64,000 nt of DNA from Elsinoe ampelina (lineage: Eukaryota). The DNA lies in contig ML992515.1 of the NCBI GenBank assembly GCA_010093995.1, forward strand, positions 301,533-365,532, read 5' to 3'. Of the stretch, positions 63,511-64,000 are shown one piece after another. The notes under the pieces were generated by a model. The model did no database searches, was not told the DNA's origin, and was given only the letters and a program-made list of their open reading frames with translations. The translations under genes and the position numbers were made by a program. Position 1 is the first letter of the stretch; every line of letters begins with the position of its first letter.

Positions 63511-64000
63511 ATGCCTGAGATGGAGCCATTGGGTAAAGCAGTCTTGCTTCTGCTGGAAGACTATCCACCTGCTATCTTACCCACGTCTTTCCTTCTGCTG
63601 GCGTTGTGCTCCTTCGTGCTCGCTCTGCAGACCACCGGCATCCCTCGCCATGCCTACACAGCTGCCTTCACTCTCCTCGCGGGCGCCGCCTTCGCCACAT
63701 GCGACCAATGGCCCGGCACCGCAGCACACATCTTCGGTCTCACAGTCCTCATTGGCCTCCTCCACGCCTACAACGTCCTCTTCCTAGAACCCGAAACCCT
63801 CCAGTACGAAACAATCCGCCACCAGCTCACCCACGAAAAGTCCCCCTCCGCCTCTCCCTCCACCAAAGCCCACCCCACCCCCCTCACCTCCCCCTCCCGC
63901 CGAAACCGCTACCTCCAATCCATCCGCATAGCCCTCAACCCGCGCCTCATCAACACCTCGCGGGAAACCCCCTACGTCCGCCCCTCCCCGATCCCCTGCT
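63511..64000 (+). CDS. Probable membrane-bound O-acyltransferase (wax synthase / MBOAT_2-like), N-terminal part, runs off window
   Basis: Open frame from ATG 63511 to the end of the window. Three hydrophobic segments, then ALNPRLINTSRETPYV, resembling the NxRxIxTxx motif of fungal wax-synthase-domain acyltransferases. Not in the ORF track because no stop is reached. Confidence 0.55.
   Translation, partial: MPEMEPLGKAVLLLLEDYPPAILPTSFLLLALCSFVLALQTTGIPRHAYTAAFTLLAGAAFATCDQWPGTAAHIFGLTVLIGLLHAYNVLFLEPETLQYETIRHQLTHEKSPSASPSTKAHPTPLTSPSRRNRYLQSIRIALNPRLINTSRETPYVRPSPIPC

Overview
Filamentous ascomycete (Pezizomycotina; Dothideomycete-like is my inference) genomic DNA in three blocks. (1) 1-22,190 is gene-rich, with intron-containing genes: GPI ethanolamine-phosphate transferase 2 (GPI7/LAS21); a compact UDP-L-rhamnose cluster (nucleotide-sugar transporter, UDP-glucose 4,6-dehydratase, divergent 3,5-epimerase/4-reductase, plus an adjacent GT15 glycosyltransferase); an acyl-CoA dehydrogenase; the RSC ATPase Sth1/Snf21; a WHIM-domain protein; and an MFS permease. 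(2) 22,192-56,474 is a 34.3-kb AT-rich, RIP-degenerated block with two assembly gaps. It resolves into one PIF/Harbinger transposon (13-bp TIRs, TTG target duplication) holding a six-level nest: Harbinger > Gypsy-B > Gypsy-A copy 1 > Gypsy-A copy 2 > Copia-1 > Copia-2, plus a fold-back MITE in Gypsy-B. Both Gypsy-A copies carry a fossil antisense ORF that de-RIPs to a Zn2Cys6-like, coiled-coil protein. (3) 56,475-64,000 is gene-rich again: a PTH11-like membrane protein, RPL2, a BAR-domain protein and a partial MBOAT/wax-synthase-like gene. Exon boundaries were read by eye from GT..AG signals and frame continuity. No database searches were run.
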